DNA of 64,000 bases from the human T2T-CHM13v2.0 reference genome, Homo sapiens (GCF_009914755.1 NC_060925.1), one strand, 5' to 3'; counted from the first letter of the stretch, positions 28,614 to 44,289 are shown. A program made the numbers and translations. Notes: generated by a model not told the origin, from the sequence alone.

Positions 28614-29509
28614 ATAATTACCTGCTTTTTACAAATTAAAAAAAAAAGTTGATCCATTGCAGATGTCAAATGTACCATTGTCCCTGCCAACTTTTCCATT
28701 GAACCAAATGGACCCCCACCCCACACACCCCATTCCCCTTCCTCAGCAACAGGCTCTGCATCTCTCCCTTTCCTATGTTCTCCCTCCACTTCCGGGGTGG
28801 CTGAGACTGGCTCTCCTCCTGGCTTCACTCTCTAAAACCCCATGGATTACCAGGTAGGAGGAATGGGCAGCGCTGGAAGAGTCCTGTGCCCTCCTCAGCT
28901 CAGTCACCATCTCACATGGGAAGGCCTTCCTAGGAGTTCAGCCACAAGCTCCCTACCCACTGCTGCCACACCTGACCTCAAAGTCATACCTCTGCCTCCC
29001 TGGAGGCTCTGGCCCTGGCTCAGGGTCTTTCGCTCTGCTCTGCTTCAGCCAGCCAACTTAGCCATCCATGTGGGCTCAACAAACCCTATGCCTTTCCAGC
29101 ACCTTGATATCCTCAGATGCAGTGAGGGTCTGCAGTGCATGCAGGGCATCCAGTGACTGCCACTCCCATTCACCCCTGCACCTCCCCCAGCAGCAAGTCC
29201 TGGCAGCACTACCCTCAAAGGCATCCCCAAGCCAGCTGGTCAGCTCCAGCCCACCTGACCCCCGCAACCCGTTCACCATCCCTTCTCCCCCAGATCCCGG
29301 TAGGAACATCCTCATTGGTTTGCCTTTCTCCATTCTTGCCTCTTCCAATCCATTCTCCACATGATAGTGAGGGTGACCTTTAAAAACATTTGTCAGACGA
29401 AAGCACTCCCCACCTAAAACCCACCGATGCTTTCTCATTGCAATTAGAGTAATTTCTGCGTCCTAAACATGGACAGAAAAGGGCTGACCTGATCTGCCCT
29501 GCCCACTTC

Positions 29510-30730
<1,221 letters not shown>

Positions 30731-31441
30731 CCTATTCCTGCTCGCTGCCTACTTCTACCCTTTCTTCTGCAAGTGCTCCTGCCACTTCGTTTCTGCTATA
30801 CCGGCTTTCTTGCTATTCCTTAAGCACATCAAGCTTTTCCCACCTCAGGGCTTTTGCACTCACTGTTTCCTCTACCAGGAATGCTCTTCCCATAGACCTG
30901 CCTGCAAATGGCTCCTTCTCATCTCATGAGTCTTCATCTGACTGTTACCTTCAGGAAGGCCTTTCTGACCACCCTGCCTAGATACACTCCACCCCAACTC
31001 CACCCTTTGTCCCTTTACTCTGCTTTGTTTTTCTTCATACCATCTGGAATTACAGATTTTTTTAATGTGGACAATAGTTCAATCTGACTCTCCTAGCTGA
31101 GGGCAAAGGCTTTGTTTGCCCTCGTAGGCTAGGACCATAGTCCAAATAGTGCCTGAAACATAACAGATGTTCAATAAATATTTTTCCAGTGAATTAATCC
31201 ACCAAATCCCAAGGTTTTCCCCAGACATGGCTATCCCCTAGACCTGCCCCACCTTCCAAATCTTAAACTCCAGTATCTCAGCGCCTGGTGTAATCTGATT
31301 TTTACCAATCTCTCTGACCCTCTCCTTCCCTTACACATACTCCTCCAAAGTTCCATTTGAGCAAACGGACCGCCCTCCATTAGTTCCATAAGTCAGAAAC
31401 CTAGGACTAATCCTTGACACCTCTTTCTCTATATGTACCTC

Positions 31442-32069
31442 TGTTACCAGAAAGGGGTCCCGATCCAGACCCTAAGAGAGGGCTCTTGAATCTCCCACAA
31501 GAAAGAATTTGAGTCAAGCTCATAAAGTGAGAGCAAGTTTATTAAGAAAGTAAAGGAATAAAGAATGCTACTCCAGAGACAGAGCAGTGGCTTTAGCTGC
31601 TCAGCTGCTTGTATTTATTATTACTTCTTGATTATATGCTAAACAAGAGGTGGATTATTCATGAGTTTTTGGGGAAAGAGGTGGGTAATTCCCAGAACTG
31701 AGGGTTCCTTCCCATTTTAGACTATATAGGGTAACTTCCTGATGTTGCCATGGCATTTGTAAACTGTCATGGTGTTGGTAGGAGTGTCTTTTAGCATGCT
31801 AATGTATTATAATTAGCATATAATGAGCAGTGAGAATGAGCAGAGGTCACTCTCTTCACCATCTTGGTTTTGGGGGGTTTTGGCCAGCTTCTTTACTGTA
31901 TCCTGTTTAATCAGCAAGGTCTTTAACACCCATACCTCATGCCAACCTCCTATCTCATCCTGTGACTTAGAAAGCCTAATCTCCTGGGAATGCAGCCCAG
32001 TAGGTCTCAGTCTTATTTTATCCAGCCCCTATTCAAGATGGAGTCTTTCTGTTTCAAACACCTCTGACT
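31442..32069 (-). mobile_element. MER41B (ERV1) solo LTR
   Basis: Minus strand starts gtcagaggtgtttgaaacagaaagactccatcttgaatagg and ends ...cccctttctggtaaca. 4-bp TSD cctc at 31438-31441 and 32070-32073. Confidence 0.85.
31689..31697. promoter_or_regulatory. GAS (STAT1-type) motif TTCCCAGAA in MER41B
   Basis: Fits TTCN3GAA at the position of the known MER41B STAT1 sites. Confidence 0.55.
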
Positions 32070-34599
32070 CCTCCAAATCTAACTCCACATCCTACTGATT
32101 CTGCCTTATAAACATTATTTGCGTTCACCTTATTCTTCTCACCTCCACCATCATCACCCTAGTCCAAGGCACCATTATCCCCAGGCTGGAAAACTGCAAT
32201 AGCCTCCTAACTGGTCTCCACCCCTCCACATTTCCCTACCCCTAACGATACAGTCTCTCCACCAAAGCCAAAAAAAGTCTTAAAATAGAAATTTAATTTC
32301 AATACTCCCATTTTTAAAACCTTCAGTGGCTTTCCATTGCTCATAGAATGGGCCCTAAACTCTAGAACAAAGTCCACACTATCCTGCAATGAGGACCCCG
32401 CCTATCTGTCTCGCCTCCTTTCTTACTATCCTCCTTCTTTCTCATTAAAGTCCAGCCACGCTGGCCTTTCTCCCGTTCCTAGAAGTACCTTGTTTTAATC
32501 TTTTAATATATGTTTATTGAGGCAGACCATATACTGGACACTGGTATGGATATATAGAAATGAACAAAAGAGACAAAATTGTTGCCCTCATGAAGCGTAT
32601 CTTGTAGTGAGGGAATACATCATAAACAAAGCACTCTGCAACACAAAATCAGGGGGTGAACAAGTGATGCCAAGAAGCATCAATCAGGGAAAGGGGATAC
32701 GGAATGTTGAGGGGTGCTGTGCTCGCTAGAGTGCCGGAAAGGGATCTTTGAGCACAGAGTGAGCCATCGAATTATCCAGAGGAAGGGCTTTCTAGGCAAA
32801 GAAAACAGTCAATGCAAAGACCTAGGCAGGAAAGTGCTGAAGACGGGTCTGAAGAACAGCAAATAACCTCAGGGCTATTTTGTCCTGCGGTAACACTTTT
32901 CCCATCCCCAACTTTTGCCTATTAAACTTCCAAACCACCTTTAAATGTCAGATCAAAGTTCATTTCTTCCAAGCAGCCTTTTCTGAACCACTTCCCACAC
33001 CCCCAGCCTAGATCAAATCCAAACTCTCATAGGCCCCTGTTCTCTTCCTTCATAGCCCTAAGCACTATTTAGCTTGTGTGTGTGGGTAACTGTTTAATTC
33101 ACACTCTTTACTAGACTAGCTGGATCAACTGAACACCATGCTACCTTGAGCACTGGCCTCTCTCCCCTGGGCAAGAGCAAGAAGAGACACTGACATTTCT
33201 CGCTCTCTGATTGACCACTTGGAACATGGTTCAGTGTCATTGATCAGGCTACAGCTTTATTTAGTGTAATCTCACCTTCCTGAGACTACTGCCTCATTTC
33301 CTTAATTGAACTTGGGTGTCTTGTCATCACTCAAGGTGGGTCTCTACCTTCTCAAGATGCTGATTTATTCCATCAAATGTTAATTTTCCATAGTTTCACT
33401 CTCAGAGATTGCTATGAATTAGCAGTCTCCTTATATGCCCCACCCATACCCCTTTTTAAAAGAAATTACTTCACTCAGACTCCTGCTGCCCAGCTTCCAT
33501 ATTTTCTTATCTGACCATCCCTTTTATCTACCATATTTCATTGGTTCTGAGGGTGGACACCTGACCAAAACCCAGAACTATAATCTGGTTATGTCCAGAA
33601 GCAGCCACTGCTTCCCAGCCTTTTGGAGCTCCGCCCACTCCTCCTCCTGTTCATGGATTGACTTGAGGGTTCTCTTCTCTCTATGGGCATTCTTAAAATC
33701 CATGGCCCTAGCCGAAGACGGTGTGGCCTGGCTTTAAAAAGAAAAAAAAAAGGCTAGATCATCTTTTAATCTTTTTTCTTAAGAATATGACCCAAGGAAA
33801 AAAGAATTTTCCAGTTAGTAGCTAAGGAAGAATTTAAAAGGGTATCTTAAGTTAGGACAATGGCAAATCAAGGTCAAATGCAATAGAAAATTATAAGGAA
33901 AGAGAAGAAATAGATATGGGGTGGGAGTAGCTGATATACCTTAGAAGCAGAGCAGGAGGGGGGTTCTGCTGCTGGAAGAACCCAGAACCACCTTAAATCG
34001 AAAGCAGCCACTGCTTCCCATCCTGTGAAGCCCAGCCCAGCTACTCTTCCTGTTCTCAGATTGTCTTGGGAGTTCCCATCTCTCCATGTGCAGTCTTAAA
34101 ATAACTACCTTTGCTTGAACCAATGTAAAGGAGTCTGTGTTCTTTCATTCAACACTATTTATTGAACACCTACACACAATTGTGTTGTTCTAGGTGCCAG
34201 GGATATAGCAATGAACAAATCAGCTGAAATCCCTGCTCTCCTGTGGCTTGCATTTTGGTGGGTAAGACATAAAATAAATAAATAAAGTAATGTGTCAGAT
34301 TGTGATTAAGTGCTATTTTAAAAATTAAAACTAGATAAGGAACTCAAGATAGTGCAAAGATGCTTTGACTTCTGGAACTATGGCCAAGATATTTTGAGAA
34401 GCTCTTCTACTCAGGCAAAACTGTGCACTGTACATAACACAATTTTAACCACATTATTAGGCTCCGGAGAGATGGGGTAAATCTCCAAGGGGCTGGAAGA
34501 AAGAGGCCATGAACCATGAGTAATAGTGAGCTGTGAGGCTTCAGGGAGAGATGCAACCTAGAAACAAGCCTTGAGCCAGCACAGCACAGTATGAGACCC

Positions 34600-35010
34600 A
34601 AGCCTGACTCTCACATTTAGCCAGGAATTCTAAAGAGGGCTAAAAAGATTTCCAGTTGACCATGCCCTATGGTGCCTGGCAGAGATAAATATAAATCTTC
34701 TCTGGAAGAAAGCATCCTCAATTTATTGACCCAGATTTTCCATACATTAAGATCAACCATATATAAACTCGCATCCAGTGATCACCAAACACACAAGGAA
34801 ACAAAGCACCATGAATAAGTACAGAATCAACAAACAATAGATTTAATCTGCCCCTCACCCCAAGACTTCAGATACTAGAATTGTGAAACACAGAATAGAA
34901 AACAACTTTATATGAAATGCTTAAAGAAGTACAGGACAGAATCACAAAAATGAGCAACAATGAGACTACAAACAACAACCACCACCATCAGGCAGATTTT
35001 TAAGAATTGC
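34600..35010 (+). mobile_element. Ancient L1M 5'/ORF1-start relic
   Basis: tggtgcctggcagag...tcttctctggaaga...caaacacacaaggaaacaaagcaccatga...gacttcagatactagaatt. Confidence 0.5.
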
Positions 35011-35384
35011 TAGGGAGGGCAAAGAATCATCTTATAGAGTGGAGATCAAGGGAGCTTCTCTGATAAGTTAGTATTTGAGCAGAGATGGAAGGTGTGAGCA
35101 AATGACTGTGCAGACCTCTGGGGGTAGAGCGTTCCAGGCAGAAAGAATGACCAGTGCAAACAGGAGTGTGTTTAATGTGCTCAGTAAACAGAGGAGGGTG
35201 CTCTAAGGTCAACTGAGGGAAGGGAGGGATTTAGGCAAAGAGGTGACAGAAATGAAGAGGCCATGCCAGGCTTGTGGATGATGACAAGCGCTTTGTATTT
35301 TGTTGCAACTGAGATGAGGAGTCACTGGAGGAATTGAGCAGACGAATGACATGATTCACTCTTTGTTTTTAAAAGATCACACAG

Positions 35385-35636
<252 letters not shown>

Positions 35637-37743
35637 CTTTTTAAACTGTTGGTTACTAGAGCTTAGTACCTGCATGACGAAATAATCTGTACCACAGATT
35701 CCTGCAGCATGAGTTTACCTACATAATAACCCTGCACTTGTACCCCTGAACCTAAAATAAAAGTTTAAAAATTAAGTAAAAACCTAAAGTTTTGTTTATT
35801 GAAGAAGCTGGATTTAAAGCTTTGGTTTGAGTCTGAGTTCTACAAATATGTCAGCTCCTAATAAGGGCTTGGAGCTCACCAATAGAAATGGCATCATCCC
35901 CATGACAGTGAACTCACGGGCTAGGGATGGTTATGATTCAACCCACCGGGGCAGCAGGATACTAAGGGGTCACAGGGTGCTGTGGTGGGCCTGAGCAGAG
36001 CCACTCACCTCAGCAGGCGGGGCTTCTCCCAGGTGGTGATTAGTGAGGTCAAAGCAACATCAAGGCAGGAAGGAAGCATGCAGTGGACTATACTCAACTC
36101 ACATGAAGCTCCTCCTCTTCCTAGCATGGTATTGCTAACAACAGTGTTCTGGGGCATCTAACACGCTCCTCTCTCAGGGTCTCAGCTTGCCCATATATTA
36201 ATTGCCAGGGGCGATCATCTGATGTTGAGCTTGCTTTAAAATCCTAATCTTCTTTAAACTGTAGTTTCAGATGAGAGAGGTGTTCCATGCAGGTTTCAGC
36301 ATGATATGAAATGAACGCTGAGGCTGATCTGTAATGATGAAAAAGTGAGGGATCCAGCACGCTGGGAAGTCTGTGAAGGAGGCTTGAGTGTATTTATGTA
36401 ACCCAGGTAGGGAGTAAGTGTAACAAAGGGAGTTGAAGATAAACAGCATTTCTTAGGGGGACTAGGAATATGCTCTTGGGAGGGTGTTTGATGAAAGTGA
36501 TGAAGAAATGAATGGAGCTAAGGGTACATGATCAGGCACTAGGAGGGAGCATGAGAGAGCCAAACATTCACTTTCTGTTGAAAAACATGAGCATAAGAGG
36601 CATCTAAGAAGGATTTGTAGAAGTCTTCTATGTCATATTCCAGGTAAAAATCTGCAACAAAATCTACATTATTCTTCAAAAAAAAAAAAAAAGAAAGAAA
36701 TGAGAAGAGATCTCTGAGGTTGTGAGGATGAGATGAATCCAGAAGAGCCTGAAAAGGGGACGCCAATGAAATAGAAAAGCAAGAGGGACTGATGACCCAG
36801 AAGCCAAGCCAAGAAAGTGTTTCAAGACAGAGGTGTGCTCAGCAGGAGCAAGTGCTGCTGAGAACCACCAGCCTCTGAGACTGGCCATGGGATGTAACAA
36901 CACACAGCTCATCGGTGACCTTGACAAACGCTGTTTCAGTGGAGACTCCGGGACTGAAGTGAGCCACGAGAGAAAGAGAGTAGAGGAAGTACAGGTGACT
37001 CGTGAGGAGTTTTGCTGTGAAAAGAAGGAGGAAAATGGGATGAAAAATAAAGAAAGATATGAAGGTCAAAGTCTGTTCCTGGCAACCAAAAAGGGACTTG
37101 CCTTGAGTAGAAAGTAATTAATCTCCAAACCACGAGGCTCCCTGACTTGATACGTGTGCACTGAGTGAAGGGCTCTAATTACCTTGTTGCCACCTTTGGG
37201 AACAGGGTGGAATGTGGTCACCAAGGCAATGAGAAGCTCCCTAATTCCCACCTCATGATTCCTAGCAGGACTCAAAAGTCCCAAGTTGCTGAAGTGACTT
37301 GGAAATCTAACTGGAGTACAGCTCTGCATTGGAATTACAGCCAGAGCAAGCCTCACCCCTCATTACCCTTTGTGATCAGGGCAGGGAAAAAGCTGCTCAA
37401 AAGACGTGTGTAATTGATAAAGTGAAGTAATGTGGGGGATTGCCATCTGGGGAGAGGAATAACTTTATTATTTCATAGCTCTCCTGGCAGTCCAGCGTGC
37501 AGACAGACAGGAGGTGTGTGGCGGCAAACACAATCCAAGCTACTCCCTCAAGGATTGACAAAGCAAAGGACCAACCTTGAAGATTTCTAGTAAATATTTG
37601 CAGCCACTGAAAACATCTGCTGATTTCTCTTCCACAGACCCAGGAAGAGGGAAACCAGGACAGACACGAGGATTGGGCACCCCTTAGGTACTGTGCTGGG
37701 GGTCATCACTATGCTGGGTACTCTTAAAACATTTTGCCATTTG

Positions 37744-38051
37744 GGCTGGGCACAGTGGCTCACACTGGTAATCCCAGCACCTTGGGAGGCCGAGGCAGGT
37801 GGATCACCTGAGGTCAGGAGTTCAAGACCAGCCTGGCCAACACGGTGAAACCCCATCTCTATAAAAATACAAAAATTAGCTGGGCATGATGGTGGGTGCC
37901 TGTAATCCAAGCTACTTAGGAGGCTGAGGTATGAGAATTGCTTGAACCCGGGAAGTGGAGGTTGCAGTGAGCCGAGATCACACCATTGCACTCCAGCCTG
38001 GGCAACAGAGCAAGACTCCATCTCCAAACAAACAAACAAACAAACAAACAA
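37744..38051 (+). mobile_element. AluS with (CAAA)n tail
   Basis: Dimer with TSD attttgccattt at 37731-37742 and 38052-38063. Confidence 0.9.
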
Positions 38052-40819
38052 ATTTTGCCATTTAACACATACCACCACCACCCAAACTCTATGCCAAGAG
38101 TTTAATTCTCATCTTAGATTTGGCTCATTAGTCAATGGCTGCCAATTATAGGTAGCAGTTATTGTGAACTCAGAACATGCAGGTGCTGGGTTAATGCCTT
38201 GCATTATTTTATTCATCCACACAAAAATTCAGAGGGGTAAGAAGTGTTATAATCTCCATTTTACAGATGAGCAAACGGAGGTACAAACAGGCTTGCCCAA
38301 AGTCACACAGGCAAAGAAGCTTCCTCAAAGTAACTTGGTATAGAGCAAAGTTTCCATGGCTCCTAAATAGCAGAGCTTGCATTTAAACCCAGAGAGCTCT
38401 GACTTCAAAACTTATGATCCCACACTGTGCTACCTCCTGCCATTTATCCCTGCCTGACTCTTTTCCCACAACTGGCTGACCCTGAGAGGCTTAACTCATG
38501 TGATAACTGAGCATGTGAACTGGTGTACAGCAAAGCCCTTGACCCCTGCCTTCTTCAGCCCTGAATTACATTTCTGGTGGGGCAGTAGGAGGATGTGGGA
38601 ATCCGTGCCATCCCCAGGGAGCTGCAGCAAGCTCACCCTCTCAGTCTGCCAGCCCAAGGATGCCCTGAGCCTCTGCAGTCGCCCTTGTCTTCACTCCATC
38701 GTGTCTTTCCCAAGCAGCACACAAGACTGAGGATGACTCTGCTAGGCAAGAGAAGATTTTTTTGTTAAGTTTTCAGGAAATAACCTAGCAAAATGAACTT
38801 GACTTGCAGCTCAAGAACTTGGGGAAAAAATTCCCAGTTGCACCACTTACTTGAGGTTCTTGGATAAACTGCTTCACCTGTGTTGTTAACTTCTTTATCT
38901 TAAAATGAAGATAACAGCCCTAATATCATAGATGTTCAGATGGGATTAAGTAAGGTCAGCCCCTAGTTCCATACCTGGAATATGGATAGGACTCCACAGC
39001 AAACGTTAGCCCCTTGTCTCTTCCTCTAACATGAAAGTTGTTCTACATGCTTTGTAAGGCTAATGTGAGCATGAAATGATGCAATCCAAAGGGGCAAATT
39101 TTAGACACTCAGTAAGTGTTATTTAAAGTCAAATATCTGAAAATGATTGACTGTATGTTGCCACCATGAAGCCTCAGCCTGTGCACATGAATCGGGGTGA
39201 CTGGAAGGAGAGAATCCAGCCCATGGTGTATGGCCAGGCCTCACCCAAGCCCGTGATCTTGGGTCCTGGCTGGACTTTGCTGCCTTTCATCATAGAGGCT
39301 GTAAAGGACTCTGGCTCTAAGGAAAGGACTCAGCATGCACAGTGAAGCCAAAGTGATCTTTCTAGAAAGCAAAGCTAAAAACTCTTCAATGGCTCCCTGT
39401 GGCCCTGAAGATCAAGTTCAAATCTTTGAACATATTTTACAACCCCTTGTGATCTGGCCTGTGTCCATTTCCAGACTCATCCACTGTTGCACTCCCTCTC
39501 CTTGTCTACACTCCAAGCACTCCTGAGTTTCTTTTAGGTCCTCAAGGCCTGGGTTCATCCCCTTATCCTACATGAGGGCAGAAAGGTCAGGTCCATGCTT
39601 CCTTTGCTCATTAGTATATTCCCAGTGCTTAGTACAGCACCTGGCACATAGTAGTGAGTGAGCATATTACTTTTACAAGCAAAAAAAAATATGTTATTAT
39701 TTGGGCCACCAAATGCGAGAGAGTGAGAAATGTCACTTTCTCCAGGTACCCCACCATCCTGCTCAGTCTGGTAAGCCAGTGCAGGGTTCTGAACACCACT
39801 TCTACGAACAGAGCAGTTCTGACCCCAGCCAGGCCTCATGGCATGGGAGGAGGTAAAGGGAGAAGGCTTAATACAGACTAAATACAGATAGACTAGTGTC
39901 CATAAGGCTTAGAGCACAGCTGTCTCCAGTGCCAGAGAGCATGTGCGCACATGGACATGTGCTCGCTCGCTCTCTCTGTCTCACACACACATACACACAT
40001 AGAGATTTATTTACATGCCTATAGACAGCACCATGTCTGTATGTGGGCATACTTGTGTCTCTCTGTAACATCTCTGATACAGGGTAAATCTCTGTGTATG
40101 TGTAATGATGTGAGTAGGCCTGCTGCTTTTTAAAAATCGCCCTTAAATGCTTCCAACTTTTCCTCAAAGCCCCTTCTCTCTTGTGCCATCACTTGGCTCT
40201 TTTTCTTTCCTCTAGATCCACCAGTGTCCCTCTCCTCTATAGCTCAGAGTAATTCAGCCCCTTTCCTAGATTCACATCCCTCATTCAATCTCTTTGCTCA
40301 GCAAAAGTTCTGCAATTAATAGGACCTACCTTCTTTAGAAGGCAGTTTTGCTACAATCTATTTTACTTAAGGATAATCCCAGGAGTCTCACCCAATCCCC
40401 AGCTCAAGCCATTTATCAAAGTAGCACTTCCAAGAATACCTATCATTTGGTCCAAGAATCTTTCATTCCAGCTGCTTAGAGGATAACATGAAAGATAACA
40501 CTTCCCCTTTAGAGTACAAACTCATGCATAAGATCAAAGCGGGGTCCTCCCTCATCCAGCAGTACTGTAGGTGATGCAGCTTACATGGGTCTGAGCATGG
40601 GAAGAGGAAGGAAATTCATGCTGAGTGAGCACGTATGTTTGCCCAGCTTAATCCTTGATGATTTATGACACTGTCTTATTTCATCCCCACAACATTATTC
40701 CTAGGCTTAGAGAAAGAGACTGAGGGTCAGAAAGGGTAAGTAACTTGTTCAAGGTCACAGAGCATGAGAGGCAGAGCCAGGACTTGAACCAGATCTGGCT
40801 GACTCCTGGGACAACACTA

Positions 40820-41221
<402 letters not shown>

Positions 41222-43542
41222 TAAAATATGTAAGTCATATTTGGAGAGAGAGACAGGTAAAGAGAGGGAAGGTTTTGGGGTATGATCCATAAGGAGACAG
41301 ATCACAGTATGCTGGAGCTGGGCAGGGCCTCAAATTATTCTAACTACCTCATTTTACATATAGGGAAACTGAGGTCCTAAGAAAAGTGGCTTGCCCATGG
41401 TCACACAGTGAATTACTGCCAAGTCAGACCAGATCTCTGGTCTGATAATAACCTGGCCTACCTCCTTTGACTACATTTCCCTGCTGTTCCTGCAAATAAT
41501 TTCCATCTTATTCTAGTGTTGACTTGTGTTGAAGTCCCCAGTGCCTTCTAGAACTTGAGGTCAAAATTGTGTCTGTCCCAACCAGAAAAACTGCGGCAGG
41601 GGCTCTTTCCTGGCAGCCCCCACATTTCCTGCCTGCTGTGCTCATCCACTAAATGGCTGAAAGACCCACCTGAAAAGTCGTATCTGCTGCAGCCTCTGAT
41701 CCACTCAGCAGCTAAAGATCATGGCTGATGCTACGGATGATAAGTCTTGGTCAACGTCCTATTTTGAGATGCAGGTACCACTTTTCACTTTCCACTGAAA
41801 AAGCCTGGAGTGTTTCCCATCCTGGCATTCAAATCTTTCCCACAGGATGGGGCAGACCTAAGACTGCTCGTGGAAGGTCTGGGGATGGGATGGATCTTCC
41901 TACAGGCCAACTCTGGAGCCAGCCCAGACCTCTCCATCTCCAAGGCAGTGCAGCACTCCCGAAAACTCAAGACCAAGTGCAAAAAGATATGCCTTTGGCT
42001 CAATATGTAAAAACTCTCCAGCAATAAATTTAAGCAATTCCTTTTGGGGCTCTCACAATTTCCTCCACTCAGACAAACTGCTTTTTATTTCAAACGTTCC
42101 TGAAGAAAATTGGCCAATTGCTTACTTCAACTGTCATGGCCATTATGCTGAGCCTGGCGGCAGGACACAAATACAACCTAGGGATTTCTTTAAGTTGGAT
42201 CCTTGCCAAACTGATCACTAGAACAGGGGTCCAGCAGAGGGTCTGTGGACATTGAACCCTTAGGAACGCATTAGAACTCCCACAGAAGAGAATAGGGTTA
42301 GCTGGGGCCAGAGCAGGGCTCTGGGGAACTAGGAATAAGGAAATGTAATGTGTAGTTTGATCCTTCAGATTGGCAATTACATCCTAAATCCAAGCGGGCA
42401 AGGTGACCTCCAGCTACCTTGAAATGACCTCAGCAGTCAAACAGACCTACTAGAGAAGGCGTAGGTGGGATCAGAGTCTGATAATGACAACATCTGATAA
42501 TGACAATAGCAGCTCTATTTATTGAACACTTCTATATGCCAGGTGTTGTGCTGGGCATTTGACATGCCCCACTGAAGCCAATCCAAGCTCCTTACCATGT
42601 TCCTTGGATCAGCGCCTGGTACATGGTAAGCATTATACAAGGGCTAGCAACTGTTGTTGTCATTCTCATTGTTAACAAAGGGCACCCAGTGAACTCCCAA
42701 ACCAATCCTCACCAGCCCAGAACAGACAAGCTGATCCTATAAGTTCCTAAGTCACCCCAGTATCAGAGATGTCCTTGGTTGCAGGCACTGACCATTTGAA
42801 TTGTCTCCAGTCTGGACAAGGAGCTGATTGGTCCGCTGTGTGATCTCCAGTTCCCTGACTCTGACATACGATGCTTTCTGAGTACCTCACTCCCTGGGAG
42901 TCCAGGCAGGCTGGTTCAGAGATGACTCACATCCAGGCACCTGCTCCAACAGGGGGGCCTCCCCCACCCTCATCTCACAGCAGGAAAGGTTTCACCTGAC
43001 ACTTCAGGGAAAAGGAAGAAGGAATTTACTTTTTACAATCAAAGCAGAGTTGTGGTGAGCAACCCCTGACTCCGACATTGCCATGACAACACCTAGAAGG
43101 CATCCTTGGCTGAGAGCCAAGGCCCAGACAGCCCTTTGTTCGTGCTGTGAGGCTGAGTGGCTGTCTCAGGTGAACAGGTTCTGGGAAGCCTTCTCCAGGC
43201 TAAGGAGAAGGGAGCAAGCAAGGACACTGTAAACTACTCAATCCCCCTTCACAGGGTTGGCCTGGTGGGGGTTGGGAGGAGACACCTGAAGGTTAGAAGC
43301 AGGTCTCCTTTTTGAAACGTGCCTTAATCGGGAATTCTGAGCTCCATTTTACCCCTTTCCCTCCCAGAGAGCACCTGCTGCTGCTTTTCTGTCCAGACCC
43401 TGGCAGCCTCCAGAATGGGTCTTGAAATATTGATTTGACCCCTCAATACCAAAAAAGGATCATAGTCACAAGAGTACACTGAGTGCCTATTATTTCCTAG
43501 CACTTGGGCCAGACACTGGGAATACAACGATTGAAGAAATGG

Positions 43543-43852
43543 GGCCGGGCCCAGTGGCTCACACCTGTAATCCCAGCACTTTGGAAGGCCAAGGCGGGCA
43601 GATTACCTAAGGTCAGGAGTTCGAGACCAGCCTGGCCAACATGGTGAAACCCCATCTCTACAAAAAAAAAAAGAAAAAATTAGCTGGGCCTGGTGGCGTG
43701 TGCCTGTAATCTCAGCTACTTGGGAGGATGAGGCCGGAGAATCGCTTGAACTCAGGAGGCAGAGTTTGCAGTGAACTAAGATGGTGCCATTGCACTCCAG
43801 CCTGGATGACAGAGGGAGACTCTGTCTCAAAAATAAAAAAGAAAGAAAGAAA
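43543..43852 (+). mobile_element. AluS
   Basis: Dimer with TSD aagaaatgg. Confidence 0.9.
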
Positions 43853-43962
43853 AGAAATGGAACATGCCCAGGTTCCTTAGAAAACAGAGCTTGAGGCCAA
43901 AACTAACACCAGAGACTTCATCCTAGGAAAGAGTAGGGAAGAGTGAATAAAAGGGGGGATGG

Positions 43963-44289
<327 letters not shown>

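Larger units (their letters stand above)
26631..28680 (+). mobile_element. MER97-like hAT-Tip100 DNA transposon, interrupted twice
   Basis: Starts cagtgggtgc...gcaggcaatagggg...gagaatcttaacacagtaataaaa, resumes at about 27145 (ttttatgatcacc...ggcaattctaaacattgtcagtg), and ends gtcaaatgtaccattg. Degenerate 8-bp flanks tccccaac/tccctgcc. Confidence 0.65.

Noticed and set aside
37587-38081. 164-aa ORF and other Alu-overlapping ORFs
   Set aside because: Typical Alu-derived translations.
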